Of a stretch of 59,572 nucleotides of DNA, positions 1 to 11,763 are shown in pieces. This DNA is from Asterionella formosa. Taxonomy: Eukaryota. How positions within the stretch are numbered: position 1 is the first letter of the stretch; each line of letters opens with the position of its first letter. The notes under the pieces were generated by a model. The model saw nothing but the letters and a program-made list of their open reading frames with translations. It was not told the origin of the DNA and searched no databases. The DNA lies in assembly GCA_002256025.1 (NCBI GenBank), contig NKIB01013326.1, forward strand, positions 1 through 59,572, in the 5' to 3' direction. A program made the position numbers and the translations under genes.

Positions 1-5
1 CACAC

Positions 6-1001
6 ATGTCGATGATTGTGCCAATTGCTGGAAAGCCAAATGATATTAAATGGTTCAAAAATGAAATCAAGAAACGCTTCACAATTAAGGAGCTTGGCCC
101 TTTGAAGAAGCATTTGGGAGTGTGGTACGATTGGGGCCAAGATAAAGTGGGACGCTACTTGGAGTCGAGCATGGAGGATTTTGTGCATGTTATGCTCCAA
201 GATTATCATGATATTTTTGGAAAGTATCCAAGAGATGCATCAACCCCAGCATTTCCAGGAATTGTTCTCAGAATGAATCCAGACAAATTGATTCTCCATA
301 AAGAATATCGTTCAATGGTTGGAAAATTGTTGTATTTTGTGAAGAAAGTTGGACCAATATGCGCGAATGCATGTTGTGAACTTTCTCAACATTTAGAGAA
401 TCCAGGTGATGCCCATTGGAGCGCTGTTGAACGTTTGTTAGGTTTCATTGCAACTGATGAAAGGAACAGAAAATTAAAAATGAGACCACCACATGAATTA
501 CGAGTTCAAGACGTAGTAGAAAGCTCATTTGGGGACAATCCAGATACTACAAGGAAATCGACAAGTGCATATTTGGGTACGATTGGTGGTGCATCGCTAG
601 TGAATTGGATTTCGAAAGGACAGAAGATTGTTACTGTTTCCAGCACTGAAGCAGAGTATGTGGCTCTATCAGATGGATCAAAGGAAACTACTTTTATAAT
701 GAATCTACTCAATGAAGTTGAATACGTGGAAATGCCCAGTATCATTGCAGAAGACAATAGAGTTGCAATTTTTCTATCAAAGAATCAGCAGGTTGGTTCA
801 CAAACTAAGCACATTGATGTGAGATATCATTTCATTCAAGAAAAGGTGAAGGCTGGGGATATTAGAGTTGACTATGTGAATACTTTAAATAATCCTGCAG
901 ACCTACTTTCAAAGAATGTCAATCAGAAAATTCATGACACTCATGCAACCCACATTATGAATGGTACCATGGATTGTTGGTTTCGAGATCAGGGAGGGTG
1001 A
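6..1001 (+). mobile_element. Ty1/Copia pol C-terminus (end of reverse transcriptase plus RNase H), truncated by the window edge, probably decayed
   Basis: Copia RT/RH motifs: ELGPLKKHLGV, YRSMVGKLLY, HWSAVERLL, RKSTSAY, WISKGQKIVTVSSTEAEYVALS, EDNRVAI, TKHIDVRYHFIQE, NPADLLSK. The first RNase H Asp motif reads VVESSF rather than YxDSD. Confidence 0.95.
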
Positions 1002-1417
1002 TAAAATATATGGAATCCAACAAATCAAGAATCGATATTCTTAGTAGTGATTAGAAACCAAGACCCAAAATATGCGACATTTATTGACAAATGACTGGAG
1101 ATGTTTACTTATTGACAAGTGAATCAGATGCTCACTTGTTTGTAAAATGAATAAGTGCTGCTCACTTATTGTCAAATGAATATGCTTGTCAAATGAATAT
1201 GCTTACTTATTGTCAAAGTAAGCAAGATCATTTCGACGGGATCAAGGAAAGTGTGAGAGGTCTTGTTCGGGATTACATAAGTAATCAGGCAAGAACAAGA
1301 CTAGATAGACTATTAACAGAAAGCTCACAATATTACAAAGTGTAAAGTGAAAATACGTTTTCAGCTTTAGTGATCTTAAAAGTAAGATCTGTGATATTTC
1401 AACTAGACAATTTAACA
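991..1417 (+). repeat. Polypurine tract (AGGGAGGG, 991-998) and probable 3' LTR of the Copia element
   Basis: PPT is followed immediately by TG at 999 (TGATAAAAT). Candidate CA end TTTAACA at 1411-1417 is roughly inverted to the start; alternative end TCAACA at 1439. Several ACTTATTGTCAAATGAA-like short repeats lie at 1080-1220. The 5' LTR is outside the window, so the end is not confirmed. Confidence 0.6.
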
Positions 1418-1514
1418 TTTCCATTCTAAACTGTCAACATGCCGGAAATGAAATGAACACAAGCAATGAATGTAGCTAATGTAAAAAATAATGCATGCTA
1501 GTAAATGTAATTAT

Positions 1515-3546
1515 TTAAATGCGAAGCTGTGGATGACTAGCACCAGTGCAACGATCTCGCATTATTTGATTGACAATCTGTGCTACTTTTTTATCTTGAC
1601 CATAGACCTCATATATTTTGTCAATTGCAGTATGAGCAGTGAATCCAGCTCAAACTAAGGCAGCCACAGTATCCCACACAACCTGGCGCCGACAATAATG
1701 TACCTTGACTCTTCCCCTCTCAACCCTTGTAAATTGTCTAGCTGCCTTTCGTCCCCCAATTCCAACTTCGAATTCCTGCCAAAGAACAAATAGTGTCTTT
1801 GGTGCCTTGGAAAGGCTACTGACATAATTGCTACCTCCATCCTCCACATCCATCATATCTGGATCAGCTGTAGCATCAACTTGTTCATTATTGCTTGCAT
1901 TGCATACCACATTTGCGGTGCTGGCAGCTGCCAAAGTTTGGTTACCTGCTGCTAATCTTTGTGATAGCGTCTGTGGTAGTTTGCATCTTTTTTATCTCAT
2001 TCATAACTGTAACCTGGTTGTATCCCACTTGTGCCTGTAACTGTATCATCCCATGTTGTGTCTCCCTCTGCTGGGAGTATAGCCCAAGGATCTCGTTTCG
2101 ACTATGCCCGGCAGGTCGAGCTTGTTGTCCACCTTGTCCTTCACCTGTGGTTGTTGTTTTTGTTGTTCCATCAGCAGCCACACTATTGTCTACTGCAGCC
2201 TCCACATCAGCTCCAAACTCATCAATGTTCACCTGCGCCTCTGAACCATTAACAACAAGCAGTCGCCGCTCAACTGGATTATTGTTGTCGATGTTCTGCT
2301 GAAGAGGACATATGATTTCATATCCAGCTTTAATCCTACGCATTAGTGATTGAGGCAGGTAACCCTGCAGTGTAGGCTCAAACACTGCCCACAAAAGTGG
2401 AGGTGCCAGCACCAGTGCAACGTCACCTGCGTACTCAGTGCAAATATTTGGGACCACATACTGTAAAAGCCAGCTGTCTGACACTCCGTTTGATTCCTTT
2501 ATGACATATTTGCATGCTCCACCAATGCAAAGTGCTGCGGCCACCTTGGCATCAGGGTAGGGGAGCTCTACATCTATGTACGTATCCACTTGCCTTGTAT
2601 GTCTTTTCCAGCGTCCACGGAAGTCATTATCATCTCTGGAGCATCCATTTCTTCGTGAATGCATCGACGGATATTTGCGGAGGCTGTGAGTTCCAATGAG
2701 ACCTGTCACAACTTTCTCGAACTCACTCTTTGCCCAAACATTGTCTCGCAGGATCATATATACTCTGTTCTTTGCGTTTTGGGGGGAGTCAGTTTGAATA
2801 TCGAAGACAAAGCGGCTGGTTTGCGAAACACTGCTTTCGATGGACATTTCAAGGTGCACAGCCAAAGTAAGTAGAACACAGTAGATTATAGACATTGAAC
2901 CGATAAGGACTTGCTTTGGTGCCTCACGCTCCTCTTTCACATTCTTTGACCAGCAGAGTTTAGCTGCCAATATAAAGGGAAAGCGCCGGTTGCTTGTCAA
3001 ATTTTCTTTCAAGAATTTGCAACAATAGTCAATGCGTCCAATCACGTGGAACTGGAAGGTGCATAGAGCAGGCATTTGAAATCGTCGTAGAATGTCAGGG
3101 TATTATCGTAATAAATTCAATGTCGAAGCAAACTCTTCTGCCTCTAGTGGTCGCACTGCTGATGTTGTCTTTCCTTGTTTTCGAACTTCCTTTTTCTTGA
3201 CTGCTTTGATCAGGTCTATGATGGGTTGAGACCTTGTTGGGTTACCAGAATTTGTCATGGGATTCCAGGAGGCAAGTCTGTAAGGAATGAAATATGACAA
3301 GGGCTTCTTGTAATATTCCAGGGAACTCGAACGTCCAAGTGTTGGATTGTCATCATGTCCAGGGTCAGGACGGCCATACACCTTGTTTGCCATCCATTTG
3401 TATACATCCTTGGGCATAATCTCACCTAGCTGCTCATCATTAAACTCATAGCCATTTTCATATGTTGTGCCATCTTTGTAGGAAATCATAGACACTAGGA
3501 TACTCCTGTAGGCTCTAACTTGCTGTGGCTCATTGACTCTTTTCAT
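1515..3546 (-). pseudogene. Crypton-like tyrosine recombinase with C-terminal GCR1_C-like domain, decayed
   Basis: ORFs 3103-3546 and 1942-3075 are in one frame separated by a single stop. A frameshift near 1940 leads into 1650-1934, which reads through TGA into AGFTAHTAIDKIYEVYG...QLRI* at 1515. YR motifs: HVIGRID (R), GTHSLRK (HxxR), RGRWK (W), DTYID (Y). N-terminal SSSLEYYKK...GNPTRS. C-terminal PKTLFVLWQEFEVGIGGRKAARQF...YCRRQVVW resembles GCR1_C. Upstream splice signals near 3649, 3741 and 3878. Confidence 0.85.
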
Positions 3547-5083
3547 TGTGATGTTCCTCCTAATCTCGTTATTTTAGTATTCACTCCCACTATCAATCAT
3601 CATGGTGATGGGCTTCCTTCTTGTCCTTGAAATGACTTCTTCATTGACCTGCAGAGATTAACATAACAGCAGTGTGTCAGTAATTCATATGATAGAACCA
3701 GCAACAGCAGAAAGTATCAGCCAGGCAGCACCACAACTCACTGATGCGTTCAAGAGAATGCTCCTGTTGTGAAAGGGACGGCTACAATGTAAAATAAATG
3801 TAGATAACAATAACAGAACCATGTGATTTCTTGCTCGCTTTGCTGATACAATTATGAAAACTGAAGATTAAGCTCACCTTGAAGGCTTCCATTGCGGGTC
3901 TCCATATTGTGTCATTTCATCTGCTATCACTCATACTTTCCAAAGAACACTGCTTTTCTGAAAAGGCCTCTTCAAATTTCAAATGAATGTTGAAAACAAA
4001 ATCATGACATATCATGAGTTATCCCTTGCTTGGTGATATGATAGCAAAAATAGCAAGCAAATAAATCTTACCTTAAAAGCATTGATTGCTTACGATCTCA
4101 ATGTTTTGTCATTCCACCTTCTATTGTTTCAACAAACAATATGTGAGTTCTTGGCTGATGTAGGATCTGTTAATGGTGAGGCGCTGAAAAACTAGAAGGG
4201 GATGCTGCTTTTAAGGGTCGTCCCCATGTTGAAAACATATATTGTGCACAGTGGTGGTTAAATGTTGTCTTTATGAATTCAGAGGGTCAAAAATCCTGGC
4301 GCAGCCATGACTTCATCTTTGTACCAACAGAATCTACAATCTACATGAAAAAACCTGGCGCAGTCTTACTTCGTCGGGAAAAATTCTGATGCTACAAGTG
4401 TGACCTTAAACAAATACCGGTATGACAAGAAGGAGAGGACACAGCCAGTGGTTACAGGTACAAGGTACCTGGTACCAGGTAACAGGTACTCCCCTGGTAC
4501 TAGCCCTGGTAGTATGTATCATAGTAGCCCTGTGTGGGCCTTGTATACCGGTACCTGGTCCCAGGTACCATACCTACTATTCATTAGCTGATGTCAACAC
4601 ACTCAGCATCACAATGCCATTCCAAACATATTCACAATACACCAGGTATGTTATCCATATATTTTGTATCTTCAGAATCAATACGAAATATAGTTTATGT
4701 AAAAGAATAAGAGAATTCATATTGGATGCTGACAATATCAATGGTAAGGATGATTGTTGATATGCTTCATGCACCCACTTGCCAACAACCACATCGCTTC
4801 GATTTTCTCCATCAATTCATGCCCAATAGCACTCCGAAGATTTGCAGTCGATAACACACACTAATTCGAATAGATATTTAGTTTAGCATTTCAAACTCAA
4901 TATTAAATGTTTCGTTCCGTACCTGTTTTTTCCTCATTAGGGTTGGTTGTTGCTTGCATCCTCACGAATCATGTCGATATATTTCTCGAGATCCATTTCG
5001 TTCCGTTTTTCTCAATCAATTCAGGGCAGATTGCAATCAAACAATATGTAGTGAAGTCGATTTATCCTCTAAAAAATTGATCT

Positions 5084-5500
5084 TGAACTTTTAAAATGTT
5101 TAGTTGTAACATCAACTAGTCCTGCCTTGGAAATAACTGTATGATTGTGAACCAGCCATCACATGAAACCACGATAAATAATCTTGTTCAGCAAAACAGT
5201 AAATATTATTTACGTGAAGTGCACAACCATCAACTGTACCTGGTAGCATGAATTAAGACACCACATATATCCTTACTATTTCACAAAGGAAGATGCATGT
5301 CGTAAATGAATTAGACACAAGAGCAGGGTCTTGGTTGAACTTTGAAATGAATTATTTGAAACATCAACTAATCCAGTCTTGAGTTCAAAGTTTTTTGTGA
5401 AATCTTCGCATGAAACCGTTAAAACTTCACATGAAACCGTTAAAAGTAACCTTTTCTCCAGAAGAGTGGCATTAATTCATGTGAAGTACCACATAATTAA
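5084..5500. repeat. Degenerate tandem duplication with about 250 bp period
   Basis: TGAACTTT.AAATG...AACATCAACTA...CACATGAAACC...GTGAAGT occurs at about 5084-5235 and again at about 5336-5500. Confidence 0.55.
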
Positions 5501-6599
5501 CACTCCTACGTAGAACAAATTTCGAAAAGTGGCGTATTTCGCGGCTTAGATGTACAACCTTAACTCTGGTCGATGCAGACGCCCAAGGTGCCTAAATATT
5601 GGCAAAAATTTAATTGACTGCCAGACCATTCTTCACTCAATGAGTGTGGGGGAAGAGCGTAATCTGGCAGAGGCAATTTCCTAGTGCTCAAGATTTTTTC
5701 ACGCCATTCATGCAAGAGTGGGCATCCAAACATGCCTCCTCCGCTGCAGAGAAACGAGTGTCCTCACCACGTCTGTTGGGCTGATCCTTGCTGAACCTGC
5801 TGCCAAGAGGTGCCACGCAAACTATTCTATTCCAGTAGTATAGCTTTTAAGGTGCCATAAAAGTGATGGTAACTATGAAAAACCAAAGAAGAAGATGACC
5901 ACAAGCTTTTGTTATTGCTTCATTGTTGGTTTCTTGGTTCTTTGGTGATGATGGTGGTTCAAGTGAGGACTGATGGCTGTGCATTGTCCTTGATTGTGTT
6001 GTGGATGTATGTTGAAGTCAGTTTCTCACATCGTGCGTGGTTGGTGCATTCATCCTGTTCTGATGATTGCTTTGCTTGGATTGAATTATTGAAGGATTGT
6101 TTCATTGTTCCCCACATTCAATTTTTGGTTCCTTCGCTGACTTGGCTGCTTCTGTCTTGATTTCTTCTTGATATGGCTATTTCAGTTTATGCTAGCGTCG
6201 TATGACTTTGATTTGATTATTCCTTGGTTTTTCAGGCGCATAGTTTCACTTCTAGGGGAGGAGTGCCAGAGACTTCATTTTGGTTGCTGATTGAATATTT
6301 TGGAATTGACGAGGAACATTTTAACTCCAATACAGTCACAGGGCCGCACCAGAAACAGCAAGAAACCCTGTGTCCCAAACCAAAATTCCAACCAACTTTC
6401 CGACCAACCCTAAGTCTACATTTTTTCCATCTAAGTCTTCTAAGAAAGTCCTTGCTGATTGGATTGCCTCCTCACTTGCTTCTAGTCGCTCTGGTAGTAT
6501 TCTTTTTCATTCTAGTGCTGTTTTCCCCAGAGTCGGAATGTCATAATCATTGCCTAGGTTGTTGATGTTCATCAGCAGCCATGTCTGGTTATTTTGCCG

Positions 6600-6981
6600 G
6601 TTGCCCTATTTACTATATAATCCATCCATTCAAAGTAGCTACTTCTAGAAAGGGAACTGAAATGAGTGCTTGCATTGTTGTGTTGGATGTATATTGTCGT
6701 ATTAGAACAGCTAACACCAACTGGCCACCTCCCCCAAATTGCCGGGATCACATTGTTGATGATCATGTCTGAATAGCTCGACTTCGCTACCGTTAAATTT
6801 TTTTGTTATCATTATTCTAGCCTTTTGATCGAATTCACAAGTGCTGGAGTCTGCTGAATGAAGGGCCATATTCCAATCTTGTTGTTGAGCATGCACACTT
6901 GATCATTGTCATATCTACTCGGATGTGCAACAGCTGAAAGGAACATCACCTTCTCTATTTGATCTTTGCACTTTGTCCTCC
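6600..6981 (-). pseudogene. Mariner-like (plant DD39D/Stowaway-partner type) transposase remnant
   Basis: Minus strand reads QIEKVMFLSAVAHPSRYD...NKIGIWPFIQQTPA and, after a frameshift, VIPAIWGRWP...IYIQHNNASTH. These match the family motifs KVMFLxAVARPR, KIGIWPF and IPAIxxKWP...IQQDNAxxH. Confidence 0.8.
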
Positions 6982-7300
6982 TGGAGAAATTTTAAGCATA
7001 GACACAATTGTTTTAGACCAGAGGGAATACCAGTTCTATAAATTGGCGAAATGACTCAAATTTGCTCTATTGTTTAGCACAGCAGGGAATAAGAATGCTG
7101 GTGTCACAAACACATTTGACAATCCAGACTACATTCCTGAATGGCAAAGCAAGTACTGCAATGCCTTTCATTTTAGTTTAGATATCAGCTGATAACGGCT
7201 TTTCTAACTGTGAAGAAACACATGTTTTTCGATTGCTTATTCATGCAGTACTTTTAGCCCTATTCTTGTCCAGAATTAAACGCACATTCTTTCATCGTTT

Positions 7301-7747
7301 CTAATAATTATTATAGTTCTCAAAAGAAGCTATAGCTTGAGATTCGGTCAAACCCGCTCTGGCTGCCGCGACATCGTCTGGAATTGACGAAACACTCCGA
7401 TTGAAACAGATTTGCTTCACTTCGAAGTGTTCATCAGCTGCCTTTCGACTCTCTGCAAAACAACACAAGCCGACTGGAGCAGAGTTTTGAAGGCGTCCTG
7501 TCAAAATGATGTAAGCGTGTCTCGTCAAGATATGATAGTGTCCTGTTCCATCATGACCCCTTCCATAAACATAGTGCTCCTTGAAACTTTTGGTATCAGC
7601 TTTGATAAATCCCATCGCAGAATTCGGACCCATTTCACTTGGTTTCAACCATGCTGATCGCGCCAAGGGATACTTGGCACACTCTGAACGGAGCTCTGGA
7701 GCAACCCTTTCCATCATCTCATTAATCTCAGCATGGGTTTTGGGCAT
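7301..7747 (-). CDS. Hypothetical protein (about 148 aa, MPKTHAE...)
   Basis: Uninterrupted ORF with natural composition. The first 36 codons of the called ORF look like 5' UTR, so the ATG at 7747 is preferred. No family recognised. Confidence 0.65.
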   Translation of the reverse strand: MPKTHAEINEMMERVAPELRSECAKYPLARSAWLKPSEMGPNSAMGFIKADTKSFKEHYVYGRGHDGTGHYHILTRHAYIILTGRLQNSAPVGLCCFAESRKAADEHFEVKQICFNRSVSSIPDDVAAARAGLTESQAIASFENYNNY

Positions 7748-8939
7748 CGTGCGTGGATATGTCAGTAAACGGATTTCAAAGTGGTAGACTGCCTGATGTT
7801 GTCGTAGATACACATGTATTGTGAGCTTTTGTTCCGAATTTTCAACATTTATCATGTACTCCGTACTCCGAGTGAGTACCTTGACGGTACCCTGGTACCT
7901 GGTAGCTACTTTTGCGGGAATCGTAAACTATACCAGCACCGGAAGTTCTAGCGTCATATAATTGGCACGGTACCATCAGGTTTACCCCCCAAAAAACTGC
8001 CTTGATCCACTGACGGTATTAAAAACACGTTTTGTTATATCTATAAAAAATCATTTATTTTCTATTTCTTAGATATGTATGGTCTAGAGTCTATAATGTA
8101 TACCGTACCCGGTATCTTGAGCATATGATACCGGATCATTGCAAGCACAGTCACATACTGGTACTGGTATACAGTCCGAAGAGAACCTTGTCGTTAACAA
8201 AGGTGAACTACTAACTACCCGGTATATTATGGCTATTCTTATCCTGTCGTTGGCGTACCTGGTAGTGTTGTTAGGGTATATGCATGTACCTAATCTGGTG
8301 GCTCTACGTGTTCAGTCTGTGCTGGGCTCGGTTGGTACGGTTTACGCAGGTAATAACACAAATTACCTTCAGGTTATCATTTTAACCCCAATTTCATAGC
8401 TCTAGATGAATATAAATATCTTCTGAACCAGATCATCAATTTATCCAGGAACAGGATGCTAATGTACCATGTACCAGGTACCGACGACTTACCGTATGAC
8501 ATCAATTCTTCCGAACAAATTTCAGAGAGGAGAGGCAAGCTAAGTTTTAGTCGAACTAGTCAAACGGGGTTGGGATAAAACAGTGGGTCAATATCTCACA
8601 GTTTTGTACTGGTACGAGTACTAAATACTACATAGTGGTGTATCGCACGGGACAAGAATTTTACATCCGTAATCTTGCGTGTTCTATCGTACAGGTATAC
8701 AGTAAGCAAATCCCAACATTTTTTTGCCATCATTGAGGTGCACGAACGCAACACAAAGCCCTGCTATTCATATACGGTGAATACTTGCTCTACCCTGCTT
8801 TGTTTTCGACTGTATCTCTGTGTCGGCGGTGGAGTCGAAAACGAGAGTTGAACAGAGCTATTTGCATCGTTGCATCGACTATATATTAGTTAATCAATAG
8901 CGGAGTTAACCAAGTATCCTGTCCGCTGCAAATAGCCAG

Positions 8940-10517
8940 ATGATCCAGTCGCCATCCACCGGGGGACGACCCGCGTCTCCCTCGGCAAGCACAGCATCCT
9001 TGACACCAACGTCACTATCCTCGGGAGACAGTTTGACTTGTCGACCGAGACGGTCGCCACCTTCGCAGTTTTCAACCCCTGTGCAGCTGTCAAAAATATC
9101 ATGTCCGCCCTCTGGTGATTCATCCGCGTTGTCAAGGCGAACACTGAACTACTCACCTCCGTCTATGAAGCGAAGGCTATTTCAAAGAAAAAAGAATATG
9201 AAGGCTATCTTTGTTGTCTTGATGGCTACGAGTCTCGTCGTGACAATGTCACTAACAATCATGCTTGTCAGTGCCAATGACACGACACCGCCACCGGATT
9301 CCATTGCTCCTTTTCTGCAAAAGCCATTCACAATACGGAAACAGCCAATTCAAAAGACTTCTGGACCTAGAGTTTTCTATATGCATGATGGAGCCTTCCC
9401 CTCCCACAATGTTAGAGTACTCGAAGACGACTTGACCCTCCATGCTCCTCCGGAACAAGAAGCGGCACAGAACAAGCATGTGGAGGTTCACGATGATGGG
9501 TGCGTTCCTATGGCAGATTGGCAAACCAAGTCCTTTCCTAATTGTAATCTACTGCATGAATTCGATATGCGCAGCGCTGGACCAAATGTTGGCAAGAACG
9601 ACCAACAACACAATGTGAGCTTCGAAGACACTCTTGCCTTTCTTGGCCAGGGCTGGTTTCGGCATGCTTGGGAGCTAAAACACGGTAGTTCAGAGTCCGT
9701 TGTTCTCAAGACACTTCGACTTGAGAGAGAGTTTTTGGAAGAGTATTACGATTTGCACCGCAGAGATGCACTAGCTATGGAACGACTGACGCATTCGCCG
9801 TTTGTCATGAATGTCTACGGCTTCTGTGGACAGTCGGCACTGAATGAACTGGCTGATTTTCCAAATGGACTCAATTCGTTGGAAAAATTCGATCGCAATT
9901 TAAGAGGTCATACGGGACCCGAGGTCCTAATGTTGAAACTTCAACTGGCGTCAAGTATAGCAGTAGGTCTGGCTCATGTTCATGAGATTGATGATGCAAA
10001 CGTTGCTACAATGGTACACTACGATTTGAATCCACGGAACGTTGCCATTACGAAATCTGGCATGCCGAAGTTGAATGATTTCAATATTGCGGAGTTTCTG
10101 AGATTTAATCCTACAACGAATGAATCGTGCGGTTTTCCATCTCGCCTCCATGAACCATGGTGGCGGGCACCAGAGGAAATGGAGATTGGAGCCAATACCA
10201 CGTTGAACGAAAAGGTGGACGTATATGCACTTGGCAATTTGTTGTTTCATATTTTGACCACAAAATCTCCTCGAGGAAAAATGAAGCCAGAGCGCATGGA
10301 AGAAACCCGGGAGCTAGTCCTGAAGGGCGAGGCTCCAATTTTGTCGCCACCATTTAATAAGTCAAAAGACAATGTGATCAAGACCTTTCGCAAAGCGATG
10401 GCAATGTGCTTTGAAGTTGACCCCGTAAAACGTGCAACTGCCAGGGAAGTTGCCACACTTCTGATGCATACGCTGTCAAAAGAAAATGATAAACGAAGGA
10501 AATTATCCCAAGTATAA
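8940..10517 (+). CDS. Type II membrane-anchored protein kinase (diatom-type, PKDCC/TKL-like)
   Basis: Kinase motifs LGQGWFR, VVLKTL, MERL, HYDLNPRN, KLNDFN, WRAPEE, KVDVYALG. TM helix AIFVVLMATSLVVTMSLTIMLV after a basic patch. Cys motif CVPMADWQ...PNCNLLHE precedes the kinase domain. Confidence 0.93.
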   Translation: MIQSPSTGGRPASPSASTASLTPTSLSSGDSLTCRPRRSPPSQFSTPVQLSKISCPPSGDSSALSRRTLNYSPPSMKRRLFQRKKNMKAIFVVLMATSLVVTMSLTIMLVSANDTTPPPDSIAPFLQKPFTIRKQPIQKTSGPRVFYMHDGAFPSHNVRVLEDDLTLHAPPEQEAAQNKHVEVHDDGCVPMADWQTKSFPNCNLLHEFDMRSAGPNVGKNDQQHNVSFEDTLAFLGQGWFRHAWELKHGSSESVVLKTLRLEREFLEEYYDLHRRDALAMERLTHSPFVMNVYGFCGQSALNELADFPNGLNSLEKFDRNLRGHTGPEVLMLKLQLASSIAVGLAHVHEIDDANVATMVHYDLNPRNVAITKSGMPKLNDFNIAEFLRFNPTTNESCGFPSRLHEPWWRAPEEMEIGANTTLNEKVDVYALGNLLFHILTTKSPRGKMKPERMEETRELVLKGEAPILSPPFNKSKDNVIKTFRKAMAMCFEVDPVKRATAREVATLLMHTLSKENDKRRKLSQV

Positions 10518-10554
10518 ACAAACGTATAATATTGGAACGATTCAGGGACTGCCG

Positions 10555-11763
10555 TTACTCGCCAGCAACGTCCATACAGAAGTCCCATCCCAGGAGGAAT
10601 AGACGGGCGAATTCTCGTTGAATCTTTTGGTCAAGATCTGGCTTGTTCTCCCATCCATTCCGGCCTCCCCCAAGAAGATTCATGCTTTGCATGACAAGTG
10701 TTGTCAGCGAGTGCACTGTCTCTAGTTTCAGCCAGGGTTCTATATCCCCAAGATCCACTCCGAATTCGTCGTGATATGTCACCCAAATAGCATCAGCTTG
10801 CTTTCGATTGGCGCAAACCTTGCGAGCCAACAAAAGCAATTCAAAGCGCGGGTCAGCATAGGCAGCTTCTTCCCAATCTAAAATAGCGAGAATTTTTGGG
10901 CCGCAATCCCTTTCTTTGTAACAGATGAGATTTTGAGGTTGGCAGTCCATGTGGCATAGAACAGGAGGTAGTGGGTGAACCTTAATAGACTCAAGATGGA
11001 GGTGTTCAATGCATTGACTCAAGGCTCGAATATGTGCAGCGACCTTTGTATCGTCTTGTGTGTTTTCCATTATACGTGTAAGGGCAGTTCTGTATAATAA
11101 TGTCATGTCTTGATATGTAATTCCTTTACCCTCATTGCCTAGATAGCTCCAGTCCAATAAACCCCTTTTATCATTGATAAAGCGATGTAAGGGCATTGTG
11201 ACTGTTCTGAGAACCTCGTTGGCATAGTTCAGTACTTCTTCTGAGGGAACTCGTCCCCACCGTGGGTGTGGTTCCTCAAAACCAAATTCTAGTCGAACCT
11301 TGACCATTCCTTCGAACCAGTAATTGTCATGTTCCATGATCTGGGTAAAACATAGGCTTTTGGGTCCCACATATGTGAATATTGCCCACGGAAATTCGTC
11401 CTCAAAGGACGCAAATATTACCTGTGGAATCTGAAGAGTGTTCCCGTGTAGAGCAGTATGTGCTACTCGATACCCAGCGATTTCTGCCAGTGCGAGAACC
11501 TGCACTCCATCAGAGTGGTGATTGTTAAGATTCCACCACCGAGACGCTCCTTTCCAACAACGCACTACCACGTGATGATTGCCTGTTTCAAGCGCTTCCA
11601 TCCATTTTTCAGCGACAGGAACGTTGCTCAATATCCAAACTTCTTGTTGGGCCGATTGCATTTCTTGCGCTTTCCCGTTTGCTACAATCCCTTCGCCAAA
11701 CTCTTTCTTCAGAAATTGAATGATGTAAGCGGGAATTGTGCTGTCGCTTATGGAGCTGGCCAT
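10555..11763 (-). CDS. Aminoglycoside phosphotransferase / choline-kinase-like (APH family) protein
   Basis: Brenner motif LCHMDCQPQNL and ILDWEEAAYADPRFEL in an intact 402-aa ORF. Confidence 0.88.
   Translation of the reverse strand: MASSISDSTIPAYIIQFLKKEFGEGIVANGKAQEMQSAQQEVWILSNVPVAEKWMEALETGNHHVVVRCWKGASRWWNLNNHHSDGVQVLALAEIAGYRVAHTALHGNTLQIPQVIFASFEDEFPWAIFTYVGPKSLCFTQIMEHDNYWFEGMVKVRLEFGFEEPHPRWGRVPSEEVLNYANEVLRTVTMPLHRFINDKRGLLDWSYLGNEGKGITYQDMTLLYRTALTRIMENTQDDTKVAAHIRALSQCIEHLHLESIKVHPLPPVLCHMDCQPQNLICYKERDCGPKILAILDWEEAAYADPRFELLLLARKVCANRKQADAIWVTYHDEFGVDLGDIEPWLKLETVHSLTTLVMQSMNLLGGGRNGWENKPDLDQKIQREFARLFLLGWDFCMDVAGE

Noticed and set aside
1..4390. Single DIRS-like retroelement combining RT/RNase H with the tyrosine recombinase
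   Set aside because: The RT/RH is Copia-type and ends in PPT plus LTR before the YR gene, which is on the opposite strand and has introns. Adjacency is better explained by nested insertion.
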